Shown here piece after piece: positions 32,794 to 45,661 of a stretch of DNA of 64,000 nucleotides. The notes beneath the pieces are model-generated. The model had not been told where the DNA came from. It did not search any database and worked only from the letters and a program-made list of their open reading frames with translations. How positions within the stretch are numbered: the first letter of the stretch is position 1; each line of letters begins with the position of its first letter. Where the stretch lies: the NCBI GenBank assembly GCA_021613535.1, contig CP075497.1:2232001-2296000 (forward strand), written 5' to 3'. Made by a program: the position numbers and the translations under genes. This stretch comes from Adineta vaga (Eukaryota > Animalia > Rotifera).

Positions 32794-35676
32794 TTATTTG
32801 ATATTTTTTATAAAACGTGCAATACGTCGTTGATTTTCCAATAATTGATCGGCTTTATTCGACGATGGAACACTTCCATTACGACGTTGTTGTTGAGGAT
32901 GAATCGGTGGTAAAGTTTTATGACGATATGGAACATTCTGTGCTGATGAAATTGGTCGAGCGGTCATATCAGCTGCATCACCATGGATACTACTATCACG
33001 TGAAGGTGGTTCAGACTGAATAAAAGATGAATTTTTATGATGAACAATCGATCCTAATTGTTGATTTTGTGGATGAGAAAGTGGCAAAGGAGCATTGACA
33101 CGTCGTTCTATTTCTTCGAAAGCTACCGGTGGAGAATGAAGAGATCGTCCTGCTGTTCCAGTAAGAACACCTAGATAAATGATGATGATGATAATAATAA
33201 TACAAATGAAAATAAAATTTGAAAATTTCTACCATTCTTTTTCAATGTTAATAATTGTTGACGTGCTTCAATCAATGCATCTTTTAATTCTTCACGTTCT
33301 GTACATTCTTTATGTACTGTTTCTTGTAATGTACTCATCTATAAATCAAAATGTTTTTACTAAATTCGAACAAATTTTCGTTCCTTACTTCATTTTTGAT
33401 TTCGTCTAATTCCTTTCGTAATTCATTTATTGTCGATTGACTTTGAAATAATTCATTTTCTTTCGTTAATAAATCTTCTTTCAACTTCAATGTATGAGTT
33501 CGATCGTTATTCAATGCATCATGTTTACCTTTCAAATAAAATAATTCATATATAAGCAAAATAAAGAGAGATCAATACTTGATTGTTCATGTAATTCTTT
33601 TAAAACATCTCTTAATGTATCTAATTCTTTCTTTAATTGATTTTTCTCTCGTTGAAGTTGTTCAATTTGTTGTTCATAATATTGTCGTTGTTCAATCGTT
33701 ACTTTTTCTGTTGAAATTAATTCATGTCGAAGTTGTTGAGTTGAATGACCATTATCTTGTTCATATTTACGTAATAATCCACTTGTTTTTTGTTTTTCAA
33801 TCTCCAATTCCTAAATACACACGTATTGATTTCCTCGTTCTTTGATATTTCGAATTTCTTACCGAAAGAAAATTTTCTTTCAATCGACGTTCAAGTTCAT
33901 TGATTTGTATTCGATGTTGTTCTCGTTCATGTTTTAATTCCGCTTGAAGACGATCCGGCCATTGTTCAGCTTCACGTAATTTTATTGCATAATTATCATG
34001 AAGTTTTTTCATTTGTATATCATGTGTTATATGAGTTGTTTCTTTTTGTTTAGTTAATTCAATATTTTCATTATGTAAACGTTCAAGTTCACGACGAATA
34101 ATTTCACATTCAGCTACATTAATTCAAAACGAAGAGACAATAATCAACATAATTGGAGTTTGAAATGAAACTTACATGTATCTTTGTCGTGAAGAGTAAC
34201 AAGTTCTCGATAGATTTCATCGAGATCATTGTATTTACGAAGTAGTTTTTCATATTCATCTCGTGTACGATCGAGAACAGCTTGACGTGATCGATTTGTT
34301 TCATCCATTTTTCGTCGATTGTTTAATTCATTGGTTTCGAAATCTTTTTTTGCAGAATTTAATTGTTCATACTCATGAGTTAATTGAGTAAATTTCAATC
34401 GAATTGTTTCCAATTCTGAATTTGTTTCTAAATGAAAGAAGAGAATGAAAAATTTTAAAATAAGAAATTTCAATGAAATTACTTGTTCGAAGGTCTTTTT
34501 CATTGGTTAATTCTTGTCGATATTGATCAACAAGACGATCAACATTCTTTTTTGATTCATCTTTATCTGATATCTGTTGTTGATATTGTCGACATTGTTG
34601 TTTTAGATGTTCAATTTCAATTTGAAATTCATGACGAATTTGTTCATTTCGAGATAATTGATCATGTAGTTTCGAAAGTTCAGTTTGATGAATTTGAATT
34701 TCTTTTCGTGCTGCTTCGATATCATTTTGAATTCTATATGAAATCATCATATTAGTTGATAATAATTGATGCAAAATATTTGTACTTAGTTTGAGATTCT
34801 TTGGAATCGAGTTGGGATTGTTGATGTTTAATTTGAAGATCTCGTAATGATTGTTTTGATTCACTAAACGATGAAAAACATGAATTACAAGAATAAAACT
34901 CGAGTTATCTTTTGCATACTTAAGTTGTTGATGATATTGATCAATTTCTTTACGATGTTCGTTGATTTGTTTAATATATTTATCAATTATTGTTCGTATT
35001 TCTATTAAAAGCAAAAAGAATATATATGATAGCTTAGAGATGTTTAAATACCTTTTTCAAGTGTTGTTTTAGTTGTTTGAAAATCTGTTTTTGAATTTTG
35101 AGTTTGTTTCAAATCGAATTCTTTCAAAAGTAAATAATCTCTTCGAATTGTTTCAATCTGATTTTGTATTTGTCGAATATTCAATGAACATTGTAGAAAA
35201 GATGTTCTTTAAAATATACAAAAACTAATGATGAATTAAAACATTCTTTTTCCATCCAGTTTTTACTTTGTTTCTTCATGAGATTTTTCTGATTGTTGAA
35301 ATTGATCTTGCACTAGTTGATGTTTTCTCGTGATTTCATTAATTCTAAAGAATAAAACAGTTCGATCGAATGATAAAATAAATAAGAAAACGAACTTATG
35401 AGTATTGATTGCCACTATTGATTCTAAATCTGCGACACGTATTTTTTCATTTTGTAAGGATTTTTCTAATGCAGCTTCACGAGAACTTGTTCCAGCATAA
35501 TGAGCTAAATCAGCTTCGAGTTTTTGACATTTAGCTTCAAGTGCTTTGATTTCATTGTGAATTAAATAAGAAACACCACAAAATTGACAAACAGTATCTT
35601 GACGAGACATGTTGGATATATCGACAGGTAGAGGAAATTGTGGTGTGTAACGTTCAAAACGTTCTTGTTCTTGCAT
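32794..35676 (-). CDS. LEKR1: LEKR1-like coiled-coil protein (multi-exon)
   Basis: N-terminus PQFPLPVDISNMSRQDTVCQFCGVSYLIHNEIKALE matches the recalled LEKR1 motif (PxxLPxEIxxMxxEExVCxYCGVSYLI). Long E/K/L/Q coiled-coil exons follow. Confidence 0.8.
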
Positions 35677-35823
35677 GTCTGGAATAGAAATGGAAGAGAT
35701 TTATTTTGTTGATTTTTACTGAGATTATCAGATGTCTCAAATGGAAGAAAAAAATATTAGTTTTGTTCAAAAAATGCATACACGCACACACAGACATGAG
35801 AAATGCAAAAGAAAATGAATAAT

Positions 35824-36796
35824 TTAAGGCCAAACAGGTACTGGCTGTGGTCGTTCGATATAACGATCAGATGGTGGACATTGAGAGATTGCTTTACGCA
35901 TAGCACCACCTTGAGCTTTTTCGAAATTATCGAAACCATTATATCGTACTTTGGGTACAGTTCGAGCTGATTGAGGTAATTTTCCATATTCATTGATAAG
36001 TTTATCAACATGACGACCTAATCCCATATCATAATTAAGTTGAGCTTGTTCACCTTTAACATGTGGTTCAGCTGTACGTGGTCGATAATCGGTCTTATGT
36101 TCAAGAATTTGTGAATCACCATAACCTTTTTGTAAATTTATTTCTGCAGCCATTCCTTTGACATGTGGTGCAGGTCGTGGTGAAGGTTCTTCACGACCAT
36201 AATTATTTAAAATAGGACGAATACGACCTTCTTGATGAGTATAGAAAAGATTTGTTGCTAACTGAAACAGAGAAAAAGATGAGATCTATGAAACGTGTTC
36301 TGTGATTATCTACTTCGCCTTGAGTATGAGGTAGTGGTTGACTAGGTACTGGTAATTTTCCATAGTTATGAAATAATGTTTTCATTTCTGTTGAACGATT
36401 TTTTTCATAATTAGCTCGACCTTCTCGTTTTACACGTAATTGATGATGCGGATCAGGTGGTTGAAGATTTCCATAGATCAAATTCGGTGTTGAACTTCGA
36501 CTTTTTGTATAATTTCTTAATGCATCCGGTCCGATAACTTTTGGTGGTAGTGCTTCTAATCCATTTCGTTCGTGAATTATTGTTTCACTTGTCATTCTTG
36601 GTGTGGCTGTTCTTCGACCTTCAATAGCCCAATCACCAATATTTAATGTTCCACGACTTTTTACATAATTTTTAATACCATCTCGATTCACTCGATGTGG
36701 TAAAGATTCTTCATAATTTGGTAATGTTGAAATAAATGTTGTTGGATAAGATGGAAGAACCCAATCAGCTGATTCGGATGATAAATTCTGTTCCAT
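35824..36796 (-). CDS. Uncharacterised protein of about 306 aa with seven P-x-V-x-G...N-Y-x-K-x-x-G repeats
   Basis: A 52-nt intron (36313-36262) joins ORFs 36203-36796 and 35824-36153 in frame. The internal repeats are visible in the translation. Confidence 0.75.
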
Positions 36797-38145
36797 AATC
36801 GATTAAAAAGGTCAAAATTGAAAATAAATATTGATTTTTTTCCTTCTGCTTCTCAATTTCAATCAAGTTACCATTACTATTCTTTTTTTTCTTTCAATTC
36901 TTGGCAGAATATCATAGACATGTTTCATATCTCAGTTGCTAAGCAGTGTCCCAAATTTCAGAACAAATTTCAATTTATCTCTAAGAATTTTCTAAATAGA
37001 GAAATTCTTCTTCCACCGAAAACAAAGTTCAAAAATTCTTCGAATAAATCAATTATTTTTGCGACATCTTAAGCATTATTTCACATTGGTAAGACTTTTA
37101 ATAATATTGTCGCTACTTCCTATTGGTTGACATTCGAGTAAATAATATAACACAACACGAATCAATCAATTGTCCTACTCAAAGTTCTTTTAGTAAAAGC
37201 AAAGTGCATTGTTGATGTTTTTCATCACTTTGGACTTTCACGGTCAAAAGTACACGATCAGTGTTGACTCATAGTTTGCAAACAAAGTACACCTTTTGGC
37301 GTTTATATTTGACTGAATAAACTTCTCTATGCATCATTCTTGATAACTTAAGTGTTTATCATGTGCCAAACTATGATGTAATTAATCGAGTTTGTTCCCC
37401 GAAGCTTTTTTTATATTTCCTACTTGAATTAGTTAAGAGATATTATTTCTCAATTTATCACATTCGATATTCTTTCGAGAAAATTCAATTTAATCATTTA
37501 CTCGCTTCTTCTCTTTCTCTCCCTATGTTCATCTAAGAAGAAGAAAAATGAATTTATCGACGCGTCAAAATACCAAAGAAACAATTCAATTTTCTTTTTC
37601 TCTTTTATCGCTTATTTCATGGATCTTTATATTCAATTCAAATTTGAGGTTATTTATTGAAAAAATTGTTCACGTTTCAAAATTGAATATGATGATTACG
37701 TCTTTCTTTTCTTTTCTTTTTTTCAATATTTGTCTTTTCATCTAACTTCTGTATAAATATAGGGTGATGATGAGATATGCTTTCGACTTTTAGTACTTAA
37801 TAAGAAAAACATCGACATGGTAGTATAAAGAAGAATAACGAGAACAAGAAAGAGAGAGAGAGAGAGTAAGAGAGAGAAAACGAAGCGAAGAATATTCCGT
37901 CCGCCGTGATGCGATTCTCGTGTGTCATTCGAAAAAAATCATTTTTTTCTCTTATTCTTCGTTTTATAACCCGACGACGATAGTATCAATTAAGTTTTGC
38001 CAGCAGCTCCTATATAGATCATTTCTTTCTTTTTTCCTTTTGATTAAAACCTAGTGAATCATCAGAAAACCAAATATCTTCACTTAAGATTTAAATATTT
38101 CAGATTCTTTTTCTTTTTTCGCATTTACATTTGAATACATTGACA

Positions 38146-39954
38146 ATGGACGCTCAGAGTAACGATATTGATTCAACAACAGAACATTTCAATAATTCTA
38201 TACATGAAGAACTCATTCCAGTACATCATAATATCGATGATACACCAGCAATTAATTCAACAAATCCAGATTTTATTCCACCAGTTATAACACCTTCTCA
38301 TCATACGGATATTACAAATCCGGTTATCGATACGCTTAATAGAGGCAAAGCGGAATTACAAAAAGGCCAACAACAAACTGAAGATATTATAACAAAAACG
38401 AAGAAGATCGTTAAACAACATTGTAAGTTTTTTTTCCAAATACTCAATTATCTAATTCTTCTTTCTCACCCGAATCGAAAAGAAAATTAGCCTTGGGAAT
38501 CGTTTACAATGGACAAAGATTAACTTTGACAGACATTTTTCCTTTTTCCTCCAATGATCAAAGAGATTACCATTGACATGTTTTCCTCTATATGGTTTGT
38601 TGGTCGTCGACCATTGACTTCATTTCCATACATAAAAATCTGATTTAACCAATCTAGTTTGTTCTGTAATAGCAGAAACATATTAGCATTTCTGCTCTGC
38701 TCTTCTTCTTTTTTCCTTCATTTTTTCCAAGCAAGTGACAGATCCTGTTGTATATATGAATAAGCGCTTGCCTATTCATGACGATTTCCCTTTGGTAATT
38801 CCTTCATCATCATCACCGTTCGTCAATGCTCATAGGAAGATGAGAAACAGAGAGAGAGCGGGAAAAAAGAGGAAGAAGAAAAAAAGACCGTGGAACGATG
38901 ATGATAGATGTACTTCGGTCTAGGTCTATTCATCATAGTTTTTTTTCTTTTTCCTCGCTAGAATATTGTGACGAATAAGAAGAAAAGAAGAAAACTCACG
39001 AGATTAGATTTTGTTCTTGGCACAAAACCAACTTTTTTTTCTTCTTCTTAGGGGATCAAACTCGGCATTCACTCATTCAAATACAAAAAAAGGTCAGCGA
39101 AATGGCGCCTACACAAGGTAAGGAAAACATCTTGAAAATTTCGTTTTTATATCACTATCAATTTTTTTCAGGTAGCGATCTTATTTACTGGCGCAAACCC
39201 ATTCAATCTGGCATTGCTTTTGGTGTTTCATTATCTGTTATTATTACATTTATGTTTCTATCATCATTGGCAGCTATTTCATTTTGGTCATTGGCATTTC
39301 TTGTCGTCATTGGCCTCTATAAAATGTATAATTATGTCATGGCAACATTTGTCGGACGAATTCAAGATGACAAATTTGAGTACGACGAAGAAATTGTTTA
39401 TAATCGGAATTAATTTTTATCAATATTTAGAGCTATTTTTCCATCTGATATGAGTATTTCCGAGCGACATGCTCAAGCCATGGCTCATTCTATTCGCATT
39501 AATGGTACTCATGCATTACAACATGCCCGAGACCTTTTCTTGTGGAAAAATTTAACGAATTCAATTCTTGTAAATTGTTATTAAGATTAATTGATGAAAA
39601 TTTCATGAATACTTTTTGTTTAGTTTGGTCTTATCCTTTTTGTCTTCTTCTATATTGGTCTCTCGATGAATGCATTAACATTCATCCTTATTGGTTTAAT
39701 ATTCTTATTCACTGTACCAAAAATTTATCAAGCATATCAGGTTTATTTTCAATAATAATGTCGAAAAATTTCATTAGGAAATAATATTATCATTCTCTTC
39801 AGGTTCCAATTGATCGTACAGCTAAGAATGTTCTCGATCAAATCAATCAACTTTTAGCCAAGTGAGTTTCTTTGTTTTCTAAATGTTAGATTTGAAATTC
39901 ATGTTGTTTTGTAGAGTTACATCGAAGTTACCCAACAAAGCAAAAAAGGCTTAA
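38146..39954 (+). CDS. Reticulon with two alternative first coding exons
   Basis: Reticulon domain DLIYWRKPIQSG...two long hydrophobic hairpins...FTVPKIY. C-terminal KAKKA (KxKxx). First exons 38146-38422 and 39102-39117 both splice in phase 1 to 39172. Confidence 0.9.
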
Positions 39955-40626
39955 GCAACGACTAAAAACAAATACATTTATTTTACTCATTTATGTTCAA
40001 TCGACTTATCTTCTTCATTCTTTTTGTAGACAATTCATGTTAAACATTTTTTTCTTTTCTTGAACAAAAACTAAAAAAGTGGAATGATATAGTAGACGTT
40101 CGCTTTTTCTTCTTCTTCTTTTTCTTTTTCTCTATATATACTTTTATGCGTGTATACGTGTTGGTTGACTTTGAGACTCCAGGCATGGAATGCGTTCTTT
40201 TCTCTTCTTTTTATTCTCTTCTCTCGTTTACTACTTTTATACTCTTTATGTTGTGTGTACGCGTGTATATGTATATTCGTTTATCTACATATTGTCATTC
40301 ATGGTATTAACTTCAGAACAGAGAAAAAAGACACCTATATCGGAAAAACAAACAAATTAGTCTTAAACATTCGTTTAAACAAGATAGATTTCAAACATAC
40401 ATAAATTCTAATGAATAATGTAGTGATTGAACGATTTTCTGTTTCTTTTTATCGCGTATTCTCGTCTATTTTTTTTATATATAAATTTTTCTCATAACAG
40501 CAATACAACCAATAAAGATCATTTCCAGTTTTTTTTCTCGATCAGAAAAATAAAAAAAACAACATCTTGACTAAAGAGTAATACTCTTCTATTTCCTATT
40601 CTAGTTAACTTTATTAAAAAGTAGAC

Positions 40627-43114
40627 ATGTCTACCGATGCAATTGTGGACACATCTTCATCTGCAAATGAAAGACGTTCATCAGACGACATACTTTTAAA
40701 ACATGTTACATTATTAAATTTACAAGCTCAAAAAGCATTATCTAAACTAAGAATACCAAAAGTACTCGTTCTTTACACAGGTTTGATGTAGAAAAGATTC
40801 TTTAGATAATTTCAACATCTTTTATTTGTTCTAGGTGGAACAATTGGTATGAAAGTCGTTCGAAATGCTTATGAACCAGTATCAAACTATTTACCCGCTG
40901 CATTACGTGAGATGAATATCATGCATAATAAAGAATTTTCGGAAACAATGAATGTGATTGATCCCGAAAAATCTTTCCTTTATTTACCGTAAAAGAAGAT
41001 TTATTTTTTTATAAAAATATATCTATTCAATTATTTATTATAGACTTGCTAATGAAGAATGTATTGCTTATTATATCAAAGAATACGTTCCTTTACTTGA
41101 TTCAACGAATATGACATTTGATAATTATATTCATATTGCATTGGATATCAAAGTCATTTTGTTTTTCATTGAATTCATTTGATTAGAATCTTTGTATTCT
41201 CTTTAGGAAGTTTATGATCTATTTGATGGATTTGTCAGTAAGTTATTGTGACAATTTTTGCAATAAAGTTCTTTCTTGTTTTGTATTTATTTAGTTCTTC
41301 ACGGTGTAAGTATGAAATTGAAAAAAAAGGATATTAATGTTGCTCTTTCTCAAATAGACAGATACGATGAGTTATACAGCTGCTGCACTTTCATTTATGT
41401 TTGAAAATCTTTCAAAACCAGTTGTACTTACAGGTTCACAAGTAAGTTAAAAGAAAAACTTCATAATTAAGCGAATAATTTCAATTCAGATTCCAATTTT
41501 TGAAACACGAAGTGATGGTCGAGATAATCTAATTGGAAGTTTATTATTAGCTGGACAATATCGTATTCCTGAAGTTTGCATCTATATTCAATAGGAATTC
41601 GTGAAAAATTTTGATTCTTAGGTAACAATTTATTTTCGAAATCGACTTTATCGTGGTAATCGTGTAACAAAAACTGATTGTGAAGATTTAAATGCATTTG
41701 AATCATATAATTGTCCAACATTAGCAGAATTTCGAACTAAAGTTCAAGGTATTTTATTCTCAAACATATTCATTTTTATTCGATTTCGTCTTTTAGTTAA
41801 ATGGGATTTAGTTTTTGATCGATCGGTCGATGGTCCATTTAATGTTCATACAAATTTAAATCGAAATGTTTCACTCCTACGTCTCTTTCCTGGTATAACT
41901 TATTTAACAATGCGACAATTTCTTGAACCACCCATTCAAGGTGTTGTTCTGCAAACATATGGTGCTGGAAATATTCCAAGTAATCGAGCCGATCTTATTG
42001 AAGAACTTCGTAAAGCAGCTGGACGTGATGTTCTTATTGTTAATTGTTCACAATGCGCAAAAGGAAGTGTTTATTATGCATATGAAAGTGCGACAGCATT
42101 ACAAAATGTTGGTGTATGTTCGGGTGCAGATATGACAGTTGAAGCGGCATTAATGAAGGTAGAAAACGAATGCAGACATTTGAATGGAGTTTGAATAGAA
42201 TTACTGATTCTAGTTAGCTTATATTCTTGGTAAATATCCGTCAGATATGAAACTAATGAAAAAGAAAATGGCTGAAAACTTACGCGGTGAAATGTCAGTT
42301 CATTCAAATAAAGTTACAGTTTCAACTTTGAGTCTTAATTGGTTATTAAATGAAACGACCGATAAAACAGATGAAGTAAGCATATGAATCTTCTTTTGAA
42401 AACGAAATTTATTTTTCTTTCCAAAGGAATCAATGCGATTTCGTCAATCTTTATTACCATGGATCATTTATTCATGTGTTCAAAAGGATGATATTGCTAC
42501 TCTTCAAAAAATTCAACAAGCTCATACTGGTGTACATTTTAATGTTTCATTTCCTAGTGGTTCTATGCCACTTCATGTTTGCGCAAAGCATAATGCAATT
42601 CAATGTGCTAAATTACTTCTTGAAGTGGCTGTTCGAAGTGATCATTCGATTGTTAATGAAGTTGATCATGTTGGTTTTACTTCACTTTTCTATGCAATTC
42701 TTCGCGAACATGAAGATATGATTGATTTATTAGTATCACATGGAGGAAATTTAACAGCAACATTGAAACCGAGTGAAATTGGAATGTATTTATGTAATTG
42801 TGTTAAAAATAATCAAATTAATCGATTAAAAGCATGGCATCGAGCAAGAGTTGATCTTGATCAAGCGGATTACGATGGTCGAACACCACTTGCATTAGTA
42901 AGACGAAAACTAGTCAATGAAATTGATTATTTCGCTTTGAATTTTCTAGGCAGTGAATTATAATTCCATTGATTGCGTTCATTATTTACTTGAAAATGGT
43001 AAAGTTGATCTTTCATGGGTGGATAATCGTGGTTTAACACCCATTCAAATTGCTAAGCAACGAGGTTTTGACAGTATTATTCAATTACTTTCCTCCTACG
43101 CGAATCGCCAATAA
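40627..43114 (+). CDS. ASPG: L-asparaginase / 60 kDa lysophospholipase with C-terminal ankyrin repeats
   Basis: [48 protein letters not shown] and QTYGAGNIP, followed by ankyrin repeats (DYDGRTPL). Confidence 0.93.
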
Positions 43115-43910
43115 AAAAAAATTATAGACTGCATTTCTATTCTGTCCTTCCCTGCATGACAATCATTCTTAACCTCTTTGCCCTACGATTTCTGTCAAAT
43201 GTAGTGCAATTATTTTTTTTTATATCTTGTTTTGTTGACAATCATTTTCCTTAGAGACTTATTTATATATTAATTAGAATCTAAATTCTGTATTTTTCTA
43301 GATCATTTGAGTAGTGATTTTTGAACAATAAATATTTCGAAAATCAAAGATTAACGATGGAAAAGTCTCGTAGAAATGAAATCGATGTCGTCAACGAAAA
43401 CATCTATATTCTTTTCGATCGAGGTCTAATTTTTTTCGTACGTATATAACATTTCTTTTCTCTCTCTCTCATTCTTCGATTCATTTATATAAGTATAGTC
43501 AACCTACGTACGTACTGTTCGCTTATCTGAATGCGTCATCTATTTTTGGATGTTTGTTTTTTAATAAAAATTTAATTTGGAAAGAATTTTTGAGAAAATG
43601 ATTCTTTTTTATCTCGCCTAAATTTGTCTATTCATTTCATGATTCATTTTATACTTTATACTCGGAATAATTTTTTTTTACCTTGACTATGGTCCACTTT
43701 TTATCTAGTTTTTTCTCTCTCTTATCTTCATTCTTTACTATATTGTTGGAATTTGCTCTTTAACCTACACGTGTGTATATCGTGTCGATCGATGTATATA
43801 TATATCTATATATATAAATAGAAGAACACGCAGTAGACTATATTTTATATCAAACATTGTATAGAATTACAATATTTTTAGACTGATATTCTTTCGCATT
43901 CAGTTGAAAA

Positions 43911-45339
43911 ATGTTTGGCTTTCAAACACTCACATGTCTTCATAATATACCAGGTAGGAAATAAAGAAGTTTTCAATAGAAATCATTCATTTATTTACCA
44001 TTTGGTTTCAGTTGTCCGTTCATCAACTAACAAACTTCATGATGTTTATGCTAAAGCTAAGGATACAAGTGTACTTATTCGGCTTCCATGTAATTTAGCC
44101 GAAACTGTTGCTGATAAGTCATTACAAATTGCTCTTACAGTTATGAATCCTATTGTTAAACCATTACGTGGATCAGGTAAAATTTCTTTGAAAGAAAAAC
44201 AACACAATCATTTTTATTTCTCATTAGTTCGTGTAATTGATGATTTCGCTGTTCAGAAAATTCGTGACATTGAATCGAAATATCCTGCGATCAACACACC
44301 AACAGAAGATATGGTTAATTCATTTAAAGATTCAACTGCATCAACAATTCAACATGGCAAAGAAACTGTAAGAGAAGACCTTTTCTTTTAATGAACATTT
44401 CTTTATAAAATCATATTTAGGTTTCAAATGTTGCCACAGCTACAGTTAATAAGGCATCTAATGTTGCGGATTCTGTCTTTTCATTAGTTCAAGGTCGTGA
44501 TACAAAAGCCTCACGTGGATTTATTGGACAAGTGCTTTCACCAATTGGTTCATTATTTAATTATGTATTTCAAACGGTTCAACCATCATTATTATGGTCC
44601 AGAATGTTGGTAGTCTTCTTTTTACTTAAACTTAAACAAATCAATGATATTATTCTTCATAAAATCCAACAAAAACGATTTTTAACTGCATTTCCACAAC
44701 GCTTATTAATTTTTACTGCTACTTTCTTGGATTATTTCATCGGACGTATCCGTCCAGATGATCGTACATTAGCCGATTTGAAAAAAGCTAAACAACAAAC
44801 ACGATACAATCCACAATCACAATCATATGCGAATCGGTAAATTTCCTTCAATAATCACAAAAGTATTTTCATCTCTTAATTTTATTTCTAGACAAAGCAC
44901 GAAACCTGAACTATCTGTGACATCCCGTCAAAGTGTCAAAGCTGAAGCACCCGTCACAACTCGTCAAAGTATTGTTATTACTCAACAAGAAACTACAGTT
45001 ACTCGAACAAGTAAAGCAAATTCGAATTCAACATTTCAACCTGACTATTCACATATGACAGACAAAGACGAATTACATGCCCGTTTAGCTAGTGGCAAAT
45101 ATGAAATTGATGACGAAATATATACAACTGAACCTGTTGACCTTGTTGCTACCGGTGATATTGCTCGATTACATGATCAACTTAAGCCAACTGATGTTGA
45201 ACTTTTGTATTCTCGATTACCTGCAGATATTGTATCTGTTACAGATAATCAAGAACCATTGAATGCAGATCAACAAAGCCTTCATGCAAGAATAATTGGT
45301 GCTGAATTAGAACGTCAAGGTTATCATGATGAACAGTAA
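43911..45339 (+). CDS. Perilipin (PAT-domain) family protein with an unusual C-terminal half
   Basis: The spliced N-terminus LHNIPVVRSSTNKLHDVYAKAKDTS..PCNLAE..NPIVKPL..IDDFAVQKIRDIESKYPAINTPTED matches the PAT-domain pattern. Confidence 0.75.
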
Positions 45340-45661
45340 AAGACAAATATCGATTTTTTAAAGTCATTGTTATGTTCTCTTTTTTCTTCTTTTCGTGATT
45401 TCACTAGCATTTTCTTTGTTCTTTTCTTTTCTTTTTTTATCGGTAGTTGGTGTTTATTCTTGTTGATGTTTTTTTCTTCTATGTTTCATATGATCTATTC
45501 ATTAGTCGAAGCGTTTGTTAAACAATCGCATTATGTCTTTTTTTTCTTTTCGATAAAACGTGTTAAACACATTGAATAAGAAGGAAAAAGAATAAAATAA
45601 CAAGAAGAAAAGAGAAATGAAAAGTTAAAGACAAGTCAAACATCCGTTTTCTTCCTTCCAG

